A DNA stretch of 64,000 nt from a candidate division FCPU426 bacterium (GTDB lineage: Bacteria > Oederibacteriota > Muellerivitia > Muellerivitales > Muellerivitaceae): assembly GCA_963830915.1 (NCBI GenBank), contig CAWHOE010000064.1:1-64000 (forward strand). Reading direction: 5' to 3'. A program made the translations under genes and the position numbers. Positions 48,524-59,300 of the stretch are shown piece by piece. The notes beneath the pieces were generated by a model. It was not told the DNA's origin. It saw only the letters and a list, made by a program, of their open reading frames with translations, and made no database searches. Each line of letters begins with the position of its first letter. Positions within the stretch are counted from its first letter, which is position 1.

Positions 48524-50460
48524 CCCCATCTCGGATCGCCCTACTTCTGATCTTGTCCTGTGCCGCCGCCCAAGGATGGGCTCTGGACTATTACCTTTCC
48601 CCTTCCGGGAACGACGCCTGGAGCGGCACCCTCTCGCAAGCCACTACCGATAAAACGGATGGACCCTTCGCTTCCATTCCAAGGGCCTTGCAAGTCATCC
48701 GGGCGAATGCGTCGAAAAATCCATCCCAACCGGCCCGCGTGCTCTTTCGGGAAGGGACCTATACCATCGACTCCATCCCCTCCCTTTACGCCTGCGATTC
48801 CGGCTTGACCCTGGAAGCCTATCCTGGTGAACATCCCATCCTTTCCGGCGGAAAACCCATCACAGGTTGGAAAAAGGACGGCGATAAATTTTGGCGGGCC
48901 TCCATCCTGGACCCTTCTGGTATCCCATGGGATTTCCGCGTTCTCTCCGTCAACGGTTCCCTCCGGCCCAGGGCCCGCCTGCCTGAAGAAGGCTACTACA
49001 CCCATCTGACCCGCTATGACACCCGTTGGATGAGCTCCACAGGAGGTGGGTGGCAGACCGCGCCGACCCAGGAACAGATGACCCATCTCCAATACGATCC
49101 CAAGGACCTGGGCTCTTGGCTTGATCTGGCGAACGCCGAGGTGGCCGTCTATCACATGTGGGACATGTCCATGATGAAACCTATCTCCAACGATCCCGAT
49201 ACCCATACTTTGACCTTCGCCTATCCCGGAGAACATCCTCCCGGTGCCTTCGACGTCCACAACTATGTGGTCTATAACGTAAAGGAAGGAATGTTGAAAC
49301 CAGGTCAATGGTTCCTGGACCACTCCAAGAACGAGGTGGTCTATTGGCCCCTGCCGAATGAGGACATGACCCAAGCGGTGGTCCTAGCGCCCTATAAGGA
49401 CTGTTTGCTCCGAGTGGATGGGGCCAAGGATCTGCCGGTTAGCGACCTTTCGATAACGGGACTTTCGTTCACTCTAGCTAACGCGCCATTGGTCAAAGGC
49501 GGTTTTGGGTGCTACGACCTGGGCGGGGCGTTGGACATGAACCACACCAAGAACTGCCATATCAACGGTCTAAAGGTATTTCGGGTAGCCGGTACTGGCA
49601 TCAAGGCCCAGGATTCGAAAGATCTGCTGGTTGAAAATTGTGATGTCCGGGAAACGGGCGCCTGCGGTATCAGGGCGACCGGAACGGCCGTCACGATCCT
49701 CAACAACCAGATCCAGACCGTAGGAAGGATCTATCCCTCCGCCATCGCCCTTTGGACCGAGGGGGTTTCGGGAGTCAGGATCCTCCACAACTGGATCCAT
49801 GACTGTCTTTATGACGGCATTACCAACGGCGCCAGCGACACCCTTATCGAAAAGAACCTCATTGAGCGGGTCATGTTGGAAATGCACGACGGCGGCGGGA
49901 TCTATTCCGGTTTCTGCCACGGGGTCACGATGAGGGGGAATGTGGCGAGGGATATCCCTGACACGGGAGGATACGGTTCCTCTTCCTATTACCTGGACGA
50001 ACAATCCACCCAATGCCTGGTGGAGGGGAACCTTTCGGTGAACGTAGCTCGGCCTTCCCAGAACCACATGGCCCACGATAACGTCATCCGGAACAACATT
50101 TTCGTGACCGAAGGTGATGGCGCCCTGCATTTCGCCAAATGCAAGAATTACTTGGTCGAGAAGAACGTGATCCAGTCCAAGGGCCAGATCGTCTTCAGGG
50201 CTCCCTCCGATGGCATCACCACATTCCGGGACAACCTGCTCTCCAGCGGTATCTCCTCCGTGCGGTGGACCACCCTAGTGGATTACAACGACCAGTCCAA
50301 CAATCCTTATGAAGCCAAGGACGGAAACCTTCTCGCCGATCCCCTATTCCAGGGCAAGGATGACTTCCGGTTCCAACCCGCCTCCCCCGCCCTCAAGCTG
50401 GGCATTCCCCAGATCGGAACGAGCGATGCTGGCCTCCTAACGGCGGCTCCGGCCAGGTGA
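48520..50460 (+). CDS. Secreted right-handed parallel beta-helix protein (GH141-like)
   Basis: YYLSPSGNDAWSG..DGPFASI, LFREGTY, ILSGG, PGQWFLD, DGGGIY, YYLDE beta-helix pattern. Confidence 0.75.
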   Translation: MTPSRIALLLILSCAAAQGWALDYYLSPSGNDAWSGTLSQATTDKTDGPFASIPRALQVIRANASKNPSQPARVLFREGTYTIDSIPSLYACDSGLTLEAYPGEHPILSGGKPITGWKKDGDKFWRASILDPSGIPWDFRVLSVNGSLRPRARLPEEGYYTHLTRYDTRWMSSTGGGWQTAPTQEQMTHLQYDPKDLGSWLDLANAEVAVYHMWDMSMMKPISNDPDTHTLTFAYPGEHPPGAFDVHNYVVYNVKEGMLKPGQWFLDHSKNEVVYWPLPNEDMTQAVVLAPYKDCLLRVDGAKDLPVSDLSITGLSFTLANAPLVKGGFGCYDLGGALDMNHTKNCHINGLKVFRVAGTGIKAQDSKDLLVENCDVRETGACGIRATGTAVTILNNQIQTVGRIYPSAIALWTEGVSGVRILHNWIHDCLYDGITNGASDTLIEKNLIERVMLEMHDGGGIYSGFCHGVTMRGNVARDIPDTGGYGSSSYYLDEQSTQCLVEGNLSVNVARPSQNHMAHDNVIRNNIFVTEGDGALHFAKCKNYLVEKNVIQSKGQIVFRAPSDGITTFRDNLLSSGISSVRWTTLVDYNDQSNNPYEAKDGNLLADPLFQGKDDFRFQPASPALKLGIPQIGTSDAGLLTAAPAR

Positions 50461-50538
50461 TTTTTGGGCGGTAATTCCATCTTCCCTGGGTTATCTTAGT
50501 CGCCAAGCGGGGCGAGACCCCTCTTCCAAAGGAATCCC

Positions 50539-51396
50539 ATGAATCCCATCCAAATAGCGGTCTTAGCCGTCATCCAGGGCCTGGCCGAACTTCTTCCCAT
50601 CTCCAGTTCAGCCCATGTCATCGTGGCCGAGAAACTGATGGGCTTGGACCCAACCAACCCCCAGATGACCCTGCTCCTGGTGGCACTTCACACCGGCACC
50701 ATGCTGGCGGTCCTTTTCTATTTCTGGAAAGGCTGGAAGGAACAATATTTCCAGACCAAGGAACGGACCTCCTCTTTTTTGAAACAGGTCCTTTTGGCCA
50801 CCCTGGTCACCCTGGCCGCGGGTGTCGTGTTGATCAAGTTCATTGAGAAGGTCATCCTTCGGGCCGAGCCCAACGCCGAGATCGAGTCGCTTTTTGGCGA
50901 TCTCAGCCTTGTCTCAGCCGCCCTGGCCGCGGCGGGAGCGCTCATCCTTTACGCCTCCATGCGGGAACCAGCCGCGAAGAACCTTAAAAAGCTGGGACCC
51001 GTTGAATCCATGACGATCGGCTTGGTTCAGGGCCTCTGCCTGCCCTTCCGCGGGTTCTCCCGTTCCGGCGCCACCATTTCAACCGGGTTGATCCTGGGCA
51101 TAGCCCGTCAAAAAGCCGAGGACTTCAGTTTCGCCCTGGCGGTGGCCATCACGCCCTTTGCCCTGGGCAAGGAGATCCTGCGCCTGTGGAAGACCAGGGA
51201 CATCATCCAATCCTCCGTCGGCTCGGTGTCGCACCTTTTCATTCCCGGCTTATTGGGGATGGTCCTCAGTTTCCTGGCCGGCCTGGTCGCCTTGAAATGG
51301 CTCTCCATCTGGCTGGAAAAAGGCCGGTGGAATTATTTTGGTTTTTACTGCGTGGCGGCGGCGATCATCCTCTGGTTGATCAAATCGAGGATCTAA
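50539..51396 (+). CDS. uppP: Undecaprenyl-diphosphatase (BacA)
   Basis: IQGLAELLPISSSAH, LHTGT, GFSRSGATI. Confidence 0.93.
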   Translation: MNPIQIAVLAVIQGLAELLPISSSAHVIVAEKLMGLDPTNPQMTLLLVALHTGTMLAVLFYFWKGWKEQYFQTKERTSSFLKQVLLATLVTLAAGVVLIKFIEKVILRAEPNAEIESLFGDLSLVSAALAAAGALILYASMREPAAKNLKKLGPVESMTIGLVQGLCLPFRGFSRSGATISTGLILGIARQKAEDFSFALAVAITPFALGKEILRLWKTRDIIQSSVGSVSHLFIPGLLGMVLSFLAGLVALKWLSIWLEKGRWNYFGFYCVAAAIILWLIKSRI

Positions 51397-51428
51397 AGCC
51401 CGGACGAAGTCATCAAAAAGGGGAAAGA

Positions 51429-51776
51429 ATGAAAATAACCATTTACCAAAAACCCACCTGTACCACCTGTCGGCAGGTGTTCAACGCCCTGAAAGAAAGC
51501 GGCGTGGATTTTGACTCGGTGAATTATTACCTCGAGCCCATCCCCAAGGTGAAACTCAAGGAACTTTTGAAGAAGATGGGCATGACCGCCAGGGAACTTC
51601 TCAGGACAAAGGAAGAAATTTATAAAGAGCTGGGACTTTCCAAGAAGGAATCGTCAGAAGAAGAACTTTTGGACCTGATGGTCAAACATCCCGACCTCAT
51701 CCAAAGGCCCATCGTCGAGAAAGGCGCCAAGGCCATCCTCGCCAGGCCCGCCGAACGGCTGAAAGAGATATTGTAA
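51429..51776 (+). CDS. ArsC/Spx-family protein
   Basis: MKITIYQKPTCTTCR..HPDLIQRPIV..ARP. Confidence 0.9.
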   Translation: MKITIYQKPTCTTCRQVFNALKESGVDFDSVNYYLEPIPKVKLKELLKKMGMTARELLRTKEEIYKELGLSKKESSEEELLDLMVKHPDLIQRPIVEKGAKAILARPAERLKEIL

Positions 51777-51799
51777 CCAGCCGACCTTTTCGAGCCTAC

Positions 51800-53314
51800 T
51801 TAAGGGCCGGAGGGACCGTCGTCCGGCTTGGCGAACAGGACTCCGTTCATCTGGACACAGTGACAGGAAAGCGTGTCCCCCCGCGGTGTGGTGAAATTAA
51901 CCGTATCCCCTTCCGAATGGCCGGAACAAGCTTGAATGGCCTCGGCAGGCGGATGATGCCTCCCTTGCCCCATCTGCCTCGTATTGCCTTTCCCTTCTCC
52001 CTGGTTCGCGCCCAAACCGGAAGGCTCTGCGTTCCCAGCTGAACGAGGTTCGTATCGGCCTGATCGATCCGGTCCCTGCCCCGAAACGACCTTGTCTGTC
52101 CCACCCCTCACGCAGCGGACAAAATTATCGATCCGTATCACGTCCCCCTGAGGGCCCCGGCCATGGGGATAGAGGGACGGATCACCTGATTTGGGATCGC
52201 TTCTCTGGGCTCCGGCCCCATGCACATCCATCAGTTGGTAATTCCCCGAGTCGGGAGGCGTTTGCATGAACCCCAGGGCCCTGCCAAAGGCGATATAAAC
52301 AGCCCCGCCTTCCAGATGGGTGGTGCTCGTCCAGAAAAAAGGAAAATCCACATTTCCGCCCTCGTTCGTGATGGAGGTACAACGAAACAGAGGGTCGATG
52401 GCGGCGGACTGGGTCGTGTCGGGCGACCGGTTATAGTCCACCAGGCTTTGCATCTCCTTGGCGTTGGGAAGCCGCCAGTCCGAGTGGCCCTTGTACTTTT
52501 CATCATTCTTCGCCGCCACCCAGGCCAGCGCCGTTTTCCAGTCCATTCCTTTCCCGCTGTCATCCTGGTCCCAAGTAAGATCGGTGGCGCGGTCTATCAC
52601 CGTGCCGTCGCCGTTGTCGTTCAGATCGTTCTTGCCGTAGCTTGGATTGCCCCGGACATAACGGACGTAATGCGTGCTGGTTTTTCGGTTGGACCTCCGG
52701 GAAGATTTCCCATAGCCCTTGATACGCCCGTCAGCGAAGTTGACCCCAAAGGCCGTGGGGTTCCCGTCCATGGTCGCGCTCACATAAGTGGTCGAGGACC
52801 AATCCTGGCAGTCGATGAGGCGGTTCCCTATCCCTGTCCCCCCTTCCCCATAGGCGAAATCAAAAACCGCCGCGTCCAGATAGGGGAGGGAATCCCCGGC
52901 CGTCCGACCCGAGCGTCCGTTAAAATTGATCAGGGAATAGAGTTCTTTGATGGTAGGCATACGCCAATCGCTGTAGCCCCCGACTCGGCAGGCGGAAGCG
53001 CCGGCGACGGCGTCATCCCAGGTCATCTTTTCACCCCGGGCCTTCACCCACATCAGCCCGGTCACCCGGTCGCTTACGGTCCCGTCGCCGTTATCCTGAT
53101 AAGAGAAGGCATTGCCCTGGTGCTGGGCGTCCTGGCCGTAATAATCCTCCCCGGCCTGGGGACAGGGAATGGATTGACCATCCCCGTAACAATGTTCCTG
53201 CCCTGTGTCCACGATGGGAAAAATTAATTCCTGGGAATAAACCGAAACAACTTCTAACGCCAAAATGAGTAAAATTAAAACAATTCTATTTGTCACGATC
53301 CAAAAAAATCTCAT
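51800..53314 (-). CDS. Exported DUF1566 (Lcl C-terminal) domain protein, two copies of the domain
   Basis: DNGDGTVSDRVTGLMW..GYSDWRMPTIKEL and DNGDGTVID..HSDWRLPNAKEM; YVRYVRG/FVRCVRG. Confidence 0.88.
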   Translation of the reverse strand: MRFFWIVTNRIVLILLILALEVVSVYSQELIFPIVDTGQEHCYGDGQSIPCPQAGEDYYGQDAQHQGNAFSYQDNGDGTVSDRVTGLMWVKARGEKMTWDDAVAGASACRVGGYSDWRMPTIKELYSLINFNGRSGRTAGDSLPYLDAAVFDFAYGEGGTGIGNRLIDCQDWSSTTYVSATMDGNPTAFGVNFADGRIKGYGKSSRRSNRKTSTHYVRYVRGNPSYGKNDLNDNGDGTVIDRATDLTWDQDDSGKGMDWKTALAWVAAKNDEKYKGHSDWRLPNAKEMQSLVDYNRSPDTTQSAAIDPLFRCTSITNEGGNVDFPFFWTSTTHLEGGAVYIAFGRALGFMQTPPDSGNYQLMDVHGAGAQRSDPKSGDPSLYPHGRGPQGDVIRIDNFVRCVRGGTDKVVSGQGPDRSGRYEPRSAGNAEPSGLGANQGEGKGNTRQMGQGRHHPPAEAIQACSGHSEGDTVNFTTPRGDTLSCHCVQMNGVLFAKPDDGPSGP

Positions 53315-53517
53315 GTTGTTTCCTTCGTTTAATTTCCTTTCTGTTTTAACCTCGTATTCCCAGCAAAAGTTCGAAGTACATCCTTCTATGATTTTGACTT
53401 AACACAAACCGCACTATTTATGACCGCTTTTAAGGCCTTTTCCCTCTCAACAAGTAAGAGTAGTCCGTTCGTGTATTTGTTATTATATAAGCAATAAATA
53501 CGCATGGGACTTTTCCA

Positions 53518-53885
53518 ATGAAAATACTCATTATTGACGATGAAGAATCCATCGTTAAGATCCTCACCAAATTCCTCGAAAAAGAGGGTCACGAGATCCA
53601 TTCGGCCAACACCGCCGCTGACGGTCTGACGAAGAACGAACTCATCAAGCCCGAGGTCATCCTCCTTGATTTGAACCTTCCCGACATGAACGGCATGGAT
53701 GTGCTGGCCAAGCTGAACAAAGGTTTCGCACCTCCTCTCTCATGATCATCACGGGGGCCGGGACCCCAGATACAGCCCTGAAAAGCATGCAAATGGGCGT
53801 GGAAGATTTCATCCAGAAACCCATCGAATTGAGCCGGTTGAAATATATGTTGGGAAAGATCGCGGACAAACGCAAAGCCAAGTAA
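53518..53885 (+). CDS. Stand-alone receiver-domain protein (frameshift at ~53730)
   Basis: MKILIIDDEE..LLDLNLPDMNG continues in another frame as LMIITGAG..MQMGVEDFIQKP..KRKAK*; one extra C in gcacctcc restores the frame. Confidence 0.8.
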
Positions 53886-53927
53886 CTTAGATATTTAGGA
53901 TGAAACAAAAAGCCAAACCATTTCTTT

Positions 53928-54021
53928 GCCACCGATGAACACAAATTAACGCTGATGGCAAAAAACATAATTCTTGGTTTTACAAATATTGAATCTGTGT
54001 TTATCGGTGTTAATCGGTGGC
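53928..54021. repeat. Short intergenic element with inverted 10-bp-period terminal repeats
   Basis: GCCACCGATGAACACAAATTAAC..ATCTGTGTTTATCGGTGTTAATCGGTGGC; AT-rich core. Confidence 0.75.
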
Positions 54022-54038
54022 TAAGATAAGGAAGTTGT

Positions 54039-55379
54039 ATGAAAATCCTCATCATTGATGACGAAGAATCCTTGGTCAAGATCCTCAGCAAGGTCCTCCA
54101 ACAAGAGGGCCATGAGGTTTTCCCCGCTTTCACCGCCGCCGAGGGCATCGAGAAGAACCGGCTGGTTGAACCGGACGTTATCCTGCTGGACCTGAATCTA
54201 CCCGACCTGAACGGCATGAAAGCGTTGGAAAAGATCAACGAAGGTTCCAAACCCGCCTCCGTGGTCATCATGACGGGAGCTGGCACGGTGGATTCGGCGG
54301 TCCAGGCCATGCGCCTGGGCGTGGAAGATTACCTGGAAAAACCCGTCAACAACGAAACCCTCAAGCTTTTGATGAAAAGGATCGGCCAAAAACTGGGTCT
54401 CCTGAATCAGATCGAGACACTGAAACGCCACCAACTGGAAATGTACCGCAAGGATTATCTCTTCCTGAACGACCCCGAGATGCGCAAGCTCTACGATGAG
54501 ATCGAGAACGTGGCCCAACAGGATAACTTGAGCGTCTTGATCTTAGGAGAGACAGGAACCGGTAAGGAACATGTAGCCAAGCTGGTCCACGCCTTTTCCG
54601 CCCGGGCCTCCAAACCTTTCGTGGAAGTCCACTGCGGGGCCCTGCCCGAGACCATTCTGGAGTCGGAACTTTTCGGCTACGAGCCAGGCGCTTTCACCGA
54701 CGCGCGAAAACAAAAACCGGGGCTTTTCGAGATGGCCCAGGGCGGAAGTATTTTCCTGGACGAGATCGGGGAATTGTCCCAGGCCGTCCAAACGAAACTT
54801 TTGAAAGTGCTTGAGCAAAAATCCTCCCGTCGGTTGGGCGGGGTGAAGGAAATACCCTTGAACGCCCGGGTCATCACCGCCACCCACAGGAACCTGGACA
54901 AAGAGGTTGAGGAAGGCCGTTTCCGCGCGGACCTTTTTTACCGTTTGAACGTCATCCCCTTGACCATCCCTCCCCTGCGAAGCCGTCCAGAGGATATCGT
55001 CCAACTCTCCAATTTTTTCCTTCAAGAATCTTGCCAGGCATTCAATAAGAAGGTGAGCCTGTTTTCGGAGGATATGCTGAAAGCATTGATGGGTTACACC
55101 TGGCCCGGGAACGTCCGGGAATTGAAGCACGTCATCGAGCGGATGGTGGTCATGTCCAAAGGCGGGGTCTTGACCCTGAAGGACCTTCCCAAGGAAGTGC
55201 GGGAAGCCAAAAGAGTTCCCGCCCCGGCCAAAGGGGTCCAGACCAAATCGGACGCCGAAAAAGAGAACATCAAAAAAGCCCTGGCCCAGACCAACGATAA
55301 CCGGTCCAACGCCGCTAAACTATTGGGCATCACCCGCAAAACACTCTTCAACAAGATCAAAAAATACGGCCTAGAATAA
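54039..55379 (+). CDS. Sigma54-dependent response regulator (NtrC/AtoC family)
   Basis: REC, GETGTGKE, ESELFG, GAFTDA, FLDEIGE, FRADLFYRLN, WPGNVREL, Fis-type HTH. Confidence 0.95.
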   Translation: MKILIIDDEESLVKILSKVLQQEGHEVFPAFTAAEGIEKNRLVEPDVILLDLNLPDLNGMKALEKINEGSKPASVVIMTGAGTVDSAVQAMRLGVEDYLEKPVNNETLKLLMKRIGQKLGLLNQIETLKRHQLEMYRKDYLFLNDPEMRKLYDEIENVAQQDNLSVLILGETGTGKEHVAKLVHAFSARASKPFVEVHCGALPETILESELFGYEPGAFTDARKQKPGLFEMAQGGSIFLDEIGELSQAVQTKLLKVLEQKSSRRLGGVKEIPLNARVITATHRNLDKEVEEGRFRADLFYRLNVIPLTIPPLRSRPEDIVQLSNFFLQESCQAFNKKVSLFSEDMLKALMGYTWPGNVRELKHVIERMVVMSKGGVLTLKDLPKEVREAKRVPAPAKGVQTKSDAEKENIKKALAQTNDNRSNAAKLLGITRKTLFNKIKKYGLE

Positions 55380-55595
55380 CAACGGAAAATTTTTAACCAC
55401 CAAGGGCACCAAGGACACTAAGAACGACAAACTGCCTTAGTTTTATAACAAAATCCCTACTTAGTTTTTGTTGTTGAAAACGGGGCTTTTTAGATGTTCT
55501 TAGTTTCCTTATTACCCAATGGGAAATTATTGCTGACCCCTCCCTGACGTTCCTTCACAAAACGAGCCTTTTTCCCTTCATTCCCCCGTCCTTGA

Positions 55596-55612
55596 CTGGC
55601 ATCCCTTATGCT
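55596..55612 (+). promoter_or_regulatory. Possible sigma54 promoter
   Basis: CTGGCATCCCTTATGCT: GG-N10-GC spacing, ~45 nt before a GTG that has an AGGAG RBS. Confidence 0.5.
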
Positions 55613-55654
55613 TTACTTATTCCTGAACGTAGTAAAGAACAGGAGACTTCGACC

Positions 55655-56128
55655 GTGAACTTCAATTCCCCAGAACTTGGGACTAATCCACCCACATCCT
55701 CATTTGTCCCCCATTCCACCGATATCATCGGTCTTTTCGAGGCTTTCGCCCGCTATTGGGATGGCGTTGAGTCCGACTGCCTGGGGGAAGCCAATGAGGA
55801 GGAAACCGCGTTAGAATTGGCCGTGCTATGGAAGGGCTCTTTGAAGGGCGTCTTGATGATCCGTTGTTGCCGTAACTTTTTTCGGTGGATGAAAGTGAAC
55901 CATCTGGGCATGGGACTTCTTGAGAACCTGACCACCCTCTATAGCGTTTATCCCATCCACCACGATTGGTCATTCGAGAAATTCAGCCTGGGGCCCCTGT
56001 TGAAACAACCTTCCGGTCCGGAAGACTGGCCTACCCAGGAACCGGACGTTATTTGCCGCCTGCGGGCCGGCGGTTTCACGCCCGAAATCCGCCTCTGGAT
56101 GGATATCAAAACGCCCCTCGCCGCTTGA
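55655..56128 (+). CDS. Hypothetical protein (weak CheX-like resemblance)
   Basis: AGGAG RBS plus in-frame GTG; LAVLWKGSLKGVLMIRC beta-hairpin pattern. Confidence 0.5.
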   Translation: MNFNSPELGTNPPTSSFVPHSTDIIGLFEAFARYWDGVESDCLGEANEEETALELAVLWKGSLKGVLMIRCCRNFFRWMKVNHLGMGLLENLTTLYSVYPIHHDWSFEKFSLGPLLKQPSGPEDWPTQEPDVICRLRAGGFTPEIRLWMDIKTPLAA

Positions 56129-56143
56129 AACAACCCTAAATCA

Positions 56144-56303
56144 ACCACCGATTAACACAGATGAACACAGATATGATTTAAAAAATCATCCCCGTTGAAA
56201 TAAAAGAAACTCAGAGTATCAACAAGGCTAAAAGGTTTTTGTTTTTTTGGGGGGAGAATATTTTAGGTGTTTCCATCCGTGTTAATCTGTGTCCATCTGT
56301 GGT
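56144..56303. repeat. Second element of the 10-bp-period inverted-repeat family
   Basis: ACCACCGATTAACACAGATGAACACAGAT..ATCCGTGTTAATCTGTGTCCATCTGTGGT. Confidence 0.8.
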
Positions 56304-56333
56304 GAAAAATTGATTTTGTTTTGATGTTGGTAT

Positions 56334-59300
56334 TCACCTCTCGTCGAGAAGTTCCCTGATCTTCCGGACCAATTCTTCCAACTCAAAGGGCTTTTGGAGC
56401 AGATGGATGCCCGAGTGGATCATTCCCTTATCTGAAAGGACTCCCCTGGAATAACCGGACGTGAATAGCACCTTGATATCCGGGCGGTTGCGGGCGATCT
56501 CCTCGGCCAGGTCCCTTCCGTTCATCCGAGGCATCACCGTATCGGTCAAAAGAAAATGAATGGTGTCAGGGTATTCCCAGGCCTTCTTGACCGCTTCCAG
56601 TCCGTCGGCCGCGTCCAAAACTTTATAGCCGTATTTCTCCAGGTTCCTGACCAACAGTTTCCGGAGTGGTTCCTCATCCTCCGCCAATAGGATCGTTTCT
56701 GACCCATGAAGATTCCCCACCGCCGGTTTGGCCTGGGCCGAAACAGCCGCGCCCACGGTCAAGGCCGGGAAATAAACGCTCACAGTGGTTCCCATCCCTA
56801 AGGAACTCTCAACGAAAATATGACCGCTCCATTTCTGGACGATGCCATAAACGCTGGCCAGCCCCAAGCCCGTTCCCTTCGCCCCTTTGGTGGTGAAGAA
56901 GGGTTCGAACATCTTTTGCTGGACCTCCGGACTCATCCCGATGCCCGCGTCCTTTACCCTTAACTTCACATAGGAACCAGGCGGTATGGAGGGGCGACGT
57001 TCCATTTTTAAGGCTTTTTGGTCAAGACTTCTGGTCTCGATCAAAAGCTCCCCGCCCTGGGGCATGGCGTCCCTGGAATTCAACGCCAGGTTCAGGATGA
57101 CCTGTTGGATCTGGCCCGCGTCGGCGAGTATCCATGGAAGTTTTTCCTGGGTCCTCATCGTCAGGCGGATCGTCGCGTCCATAAGCCGTTGGAGCATCTT
57201 CCCGATTTCCCCGCACAACTCGTTCAAATTGACCGGGGTCGCCTGGAAAACATCCTTGTGACCGAACACCAAGAGCTGTTTGGTCAGGTCGCTTCCCCGC
57301 TTGGTGGCTTTTTGGATCTCTTCCAATTCTTCCCGGCCTGGTCCATCAGGGGCCAAACCTGAAAGCAGGAATTCCGCGTTCCCACCGATCACGCTCAAAA
57401 GGTTGTTGAAATCGTGAGCGACCCCTCCCGCCAATCGTCCTACAGCCTCCATCTTTTGGGCCAGTTTGTTCTGCTCCTCCAGGTTCTTCAGGGCGTTCTC
57501 GGCTTTCTTTTGCTCGCTGATATCCCGAACGATGGCCGAGATGGCCGCCACCTTTCCGGTTTCATCCTTGAAGGGGGAAATGGTGATGGATACATCCACC
57601 AAACTTCCATCCTTTCGGCGCCTCTGGGTCTCGAAATTGCTGATCACTTTCCCATGCCCCGCCATCTCAATAAGATGGCGGATTTCCTCTTCCTTTCCTT
57701 CGGGCGCTAAAAAAGTCACCTTTTGACCTCGCGCTTCAGCGACTGAATAACCGAACATCTTCTCAGCGCCCTTATTCCAATGGAGGATGACCCCGCTCAG
57801 GTCGTTGTTGATGATGGCGTCCTGAGTGTTGTTGAGGATGTCGGTCAAACGCTCCTGCGCTTCCCGCGCTTTTTTCATCTCGGTGACATCACGCGTCATG
57901 ACTGTCAGGCTTTTGATGATTCCATTCGGTTCTTTCAAGGTCGATATGTTGATCGAGGCGTCGAACCAATCGCCATCTTTTCTTTGGCGTTTTGTCTCGA
58001 AATTCAGGACGATCCCGTCTCTTCGGACCATTCGGATCAATTCATCGATCTCGTCTTTCAGGTTTTCAGGCTGGAAATCTTTCATGGATTTCCCGATTAT
58101 TTCATCCGCGGTGTATCCATACATGTTCTCGGCGCCCTTATTCCAACTCAGTATCTTTCCGGCCCTGTCACTACTGATGACCGCGTCAGGCGTATTCTCG
58201 AGGATCTCGGCCAAACGTTCCTTTATTTCCATGGCTTTCTTTTGCTCAGTAATATCCTCCATCATCCCAAAAGCCAGTGGAGGCGCGCCATCCGCGGTGT
58301 TCAGCTTCGTTACCACCATGTGACCCCAGAACCACTCCCCGTTCCTGCGCCGGTAACGCCTTTCAATCTCGTAGAACCGGGTTTCTCCCCTGAACATTTT
58401 CTCGAGATTTTCCCTCGCTTCCGGGAGGTCTTCCGGCGGGATGAAATCCATATAGGAAACTCCGATCAATTCCTCCGCTTCATAGCCGAGCATCTGACAG
58501 TACTTCGGGTTGATCATCAACACTTTGGCGTCGCTGGTCACCAGGCCCATACCGATGGGGCTTTCCTCAAAGATCTTCTTGAACCGGGACTGGCTTTCCT
58601 CCAAGGCCCTGGCCGCCTCCAGCCTCTCGGTGATATCACGGAAATTCATGATCAAGGCCCGGGAGGGCGGGTTGGCGAACTCATGGGTTCGAACGGACAG
58701 CTCCATCTGTCGCCAGCTCCCGTTCTTATGGCGGGCTCGGACCTCGATCCTGTCGCTTGATCCAGGTTCGCGCATGATCCTCTCGAATTGTTCCATGACC
58801 CTCGGAAAATCGTCCGGATGGAGGAGCTCAAAGGTGTTGGCCCCGATCCTTTCATCGGGTGAGAAACCCAGGATCCGATATACGGACGGGCTGGTATAAC
58901 GGACCCTTCCGTCGGTCTCGATGACCGCCAAACCCTCCAGATTGTTCTCGATGACCGCCCGGAAGAAATCCTCGCTTTGGCGCAAGGTATCCTGGGCTTT
59001 TTTACGTTCCATCGCGTAGCGGATCGCCCGTTCCAGCCGGTCCGGGTCCAGTTTGGCCTTATGAAGGAAGTCGGCGGCGCCCTGTTTCATGGCTTCCATA
59101 TCCACCTGGTGGTCGCCTTGTCCCGTCAGGAAAATAACGGGGGTCTTATAACCTTTTTTGTTCGATTCGCTCAAGAATTCCAGGCCCGTCTTTCCCTGAA
59201 GACGGAAATCCAAAAGGCAAACATCATAGTTACCCAGGCCAAGCTTTATCATGGCCCCGTCGTAGTTCAAGACATGGTCCATCTCACAGGAAAAGTTCGG

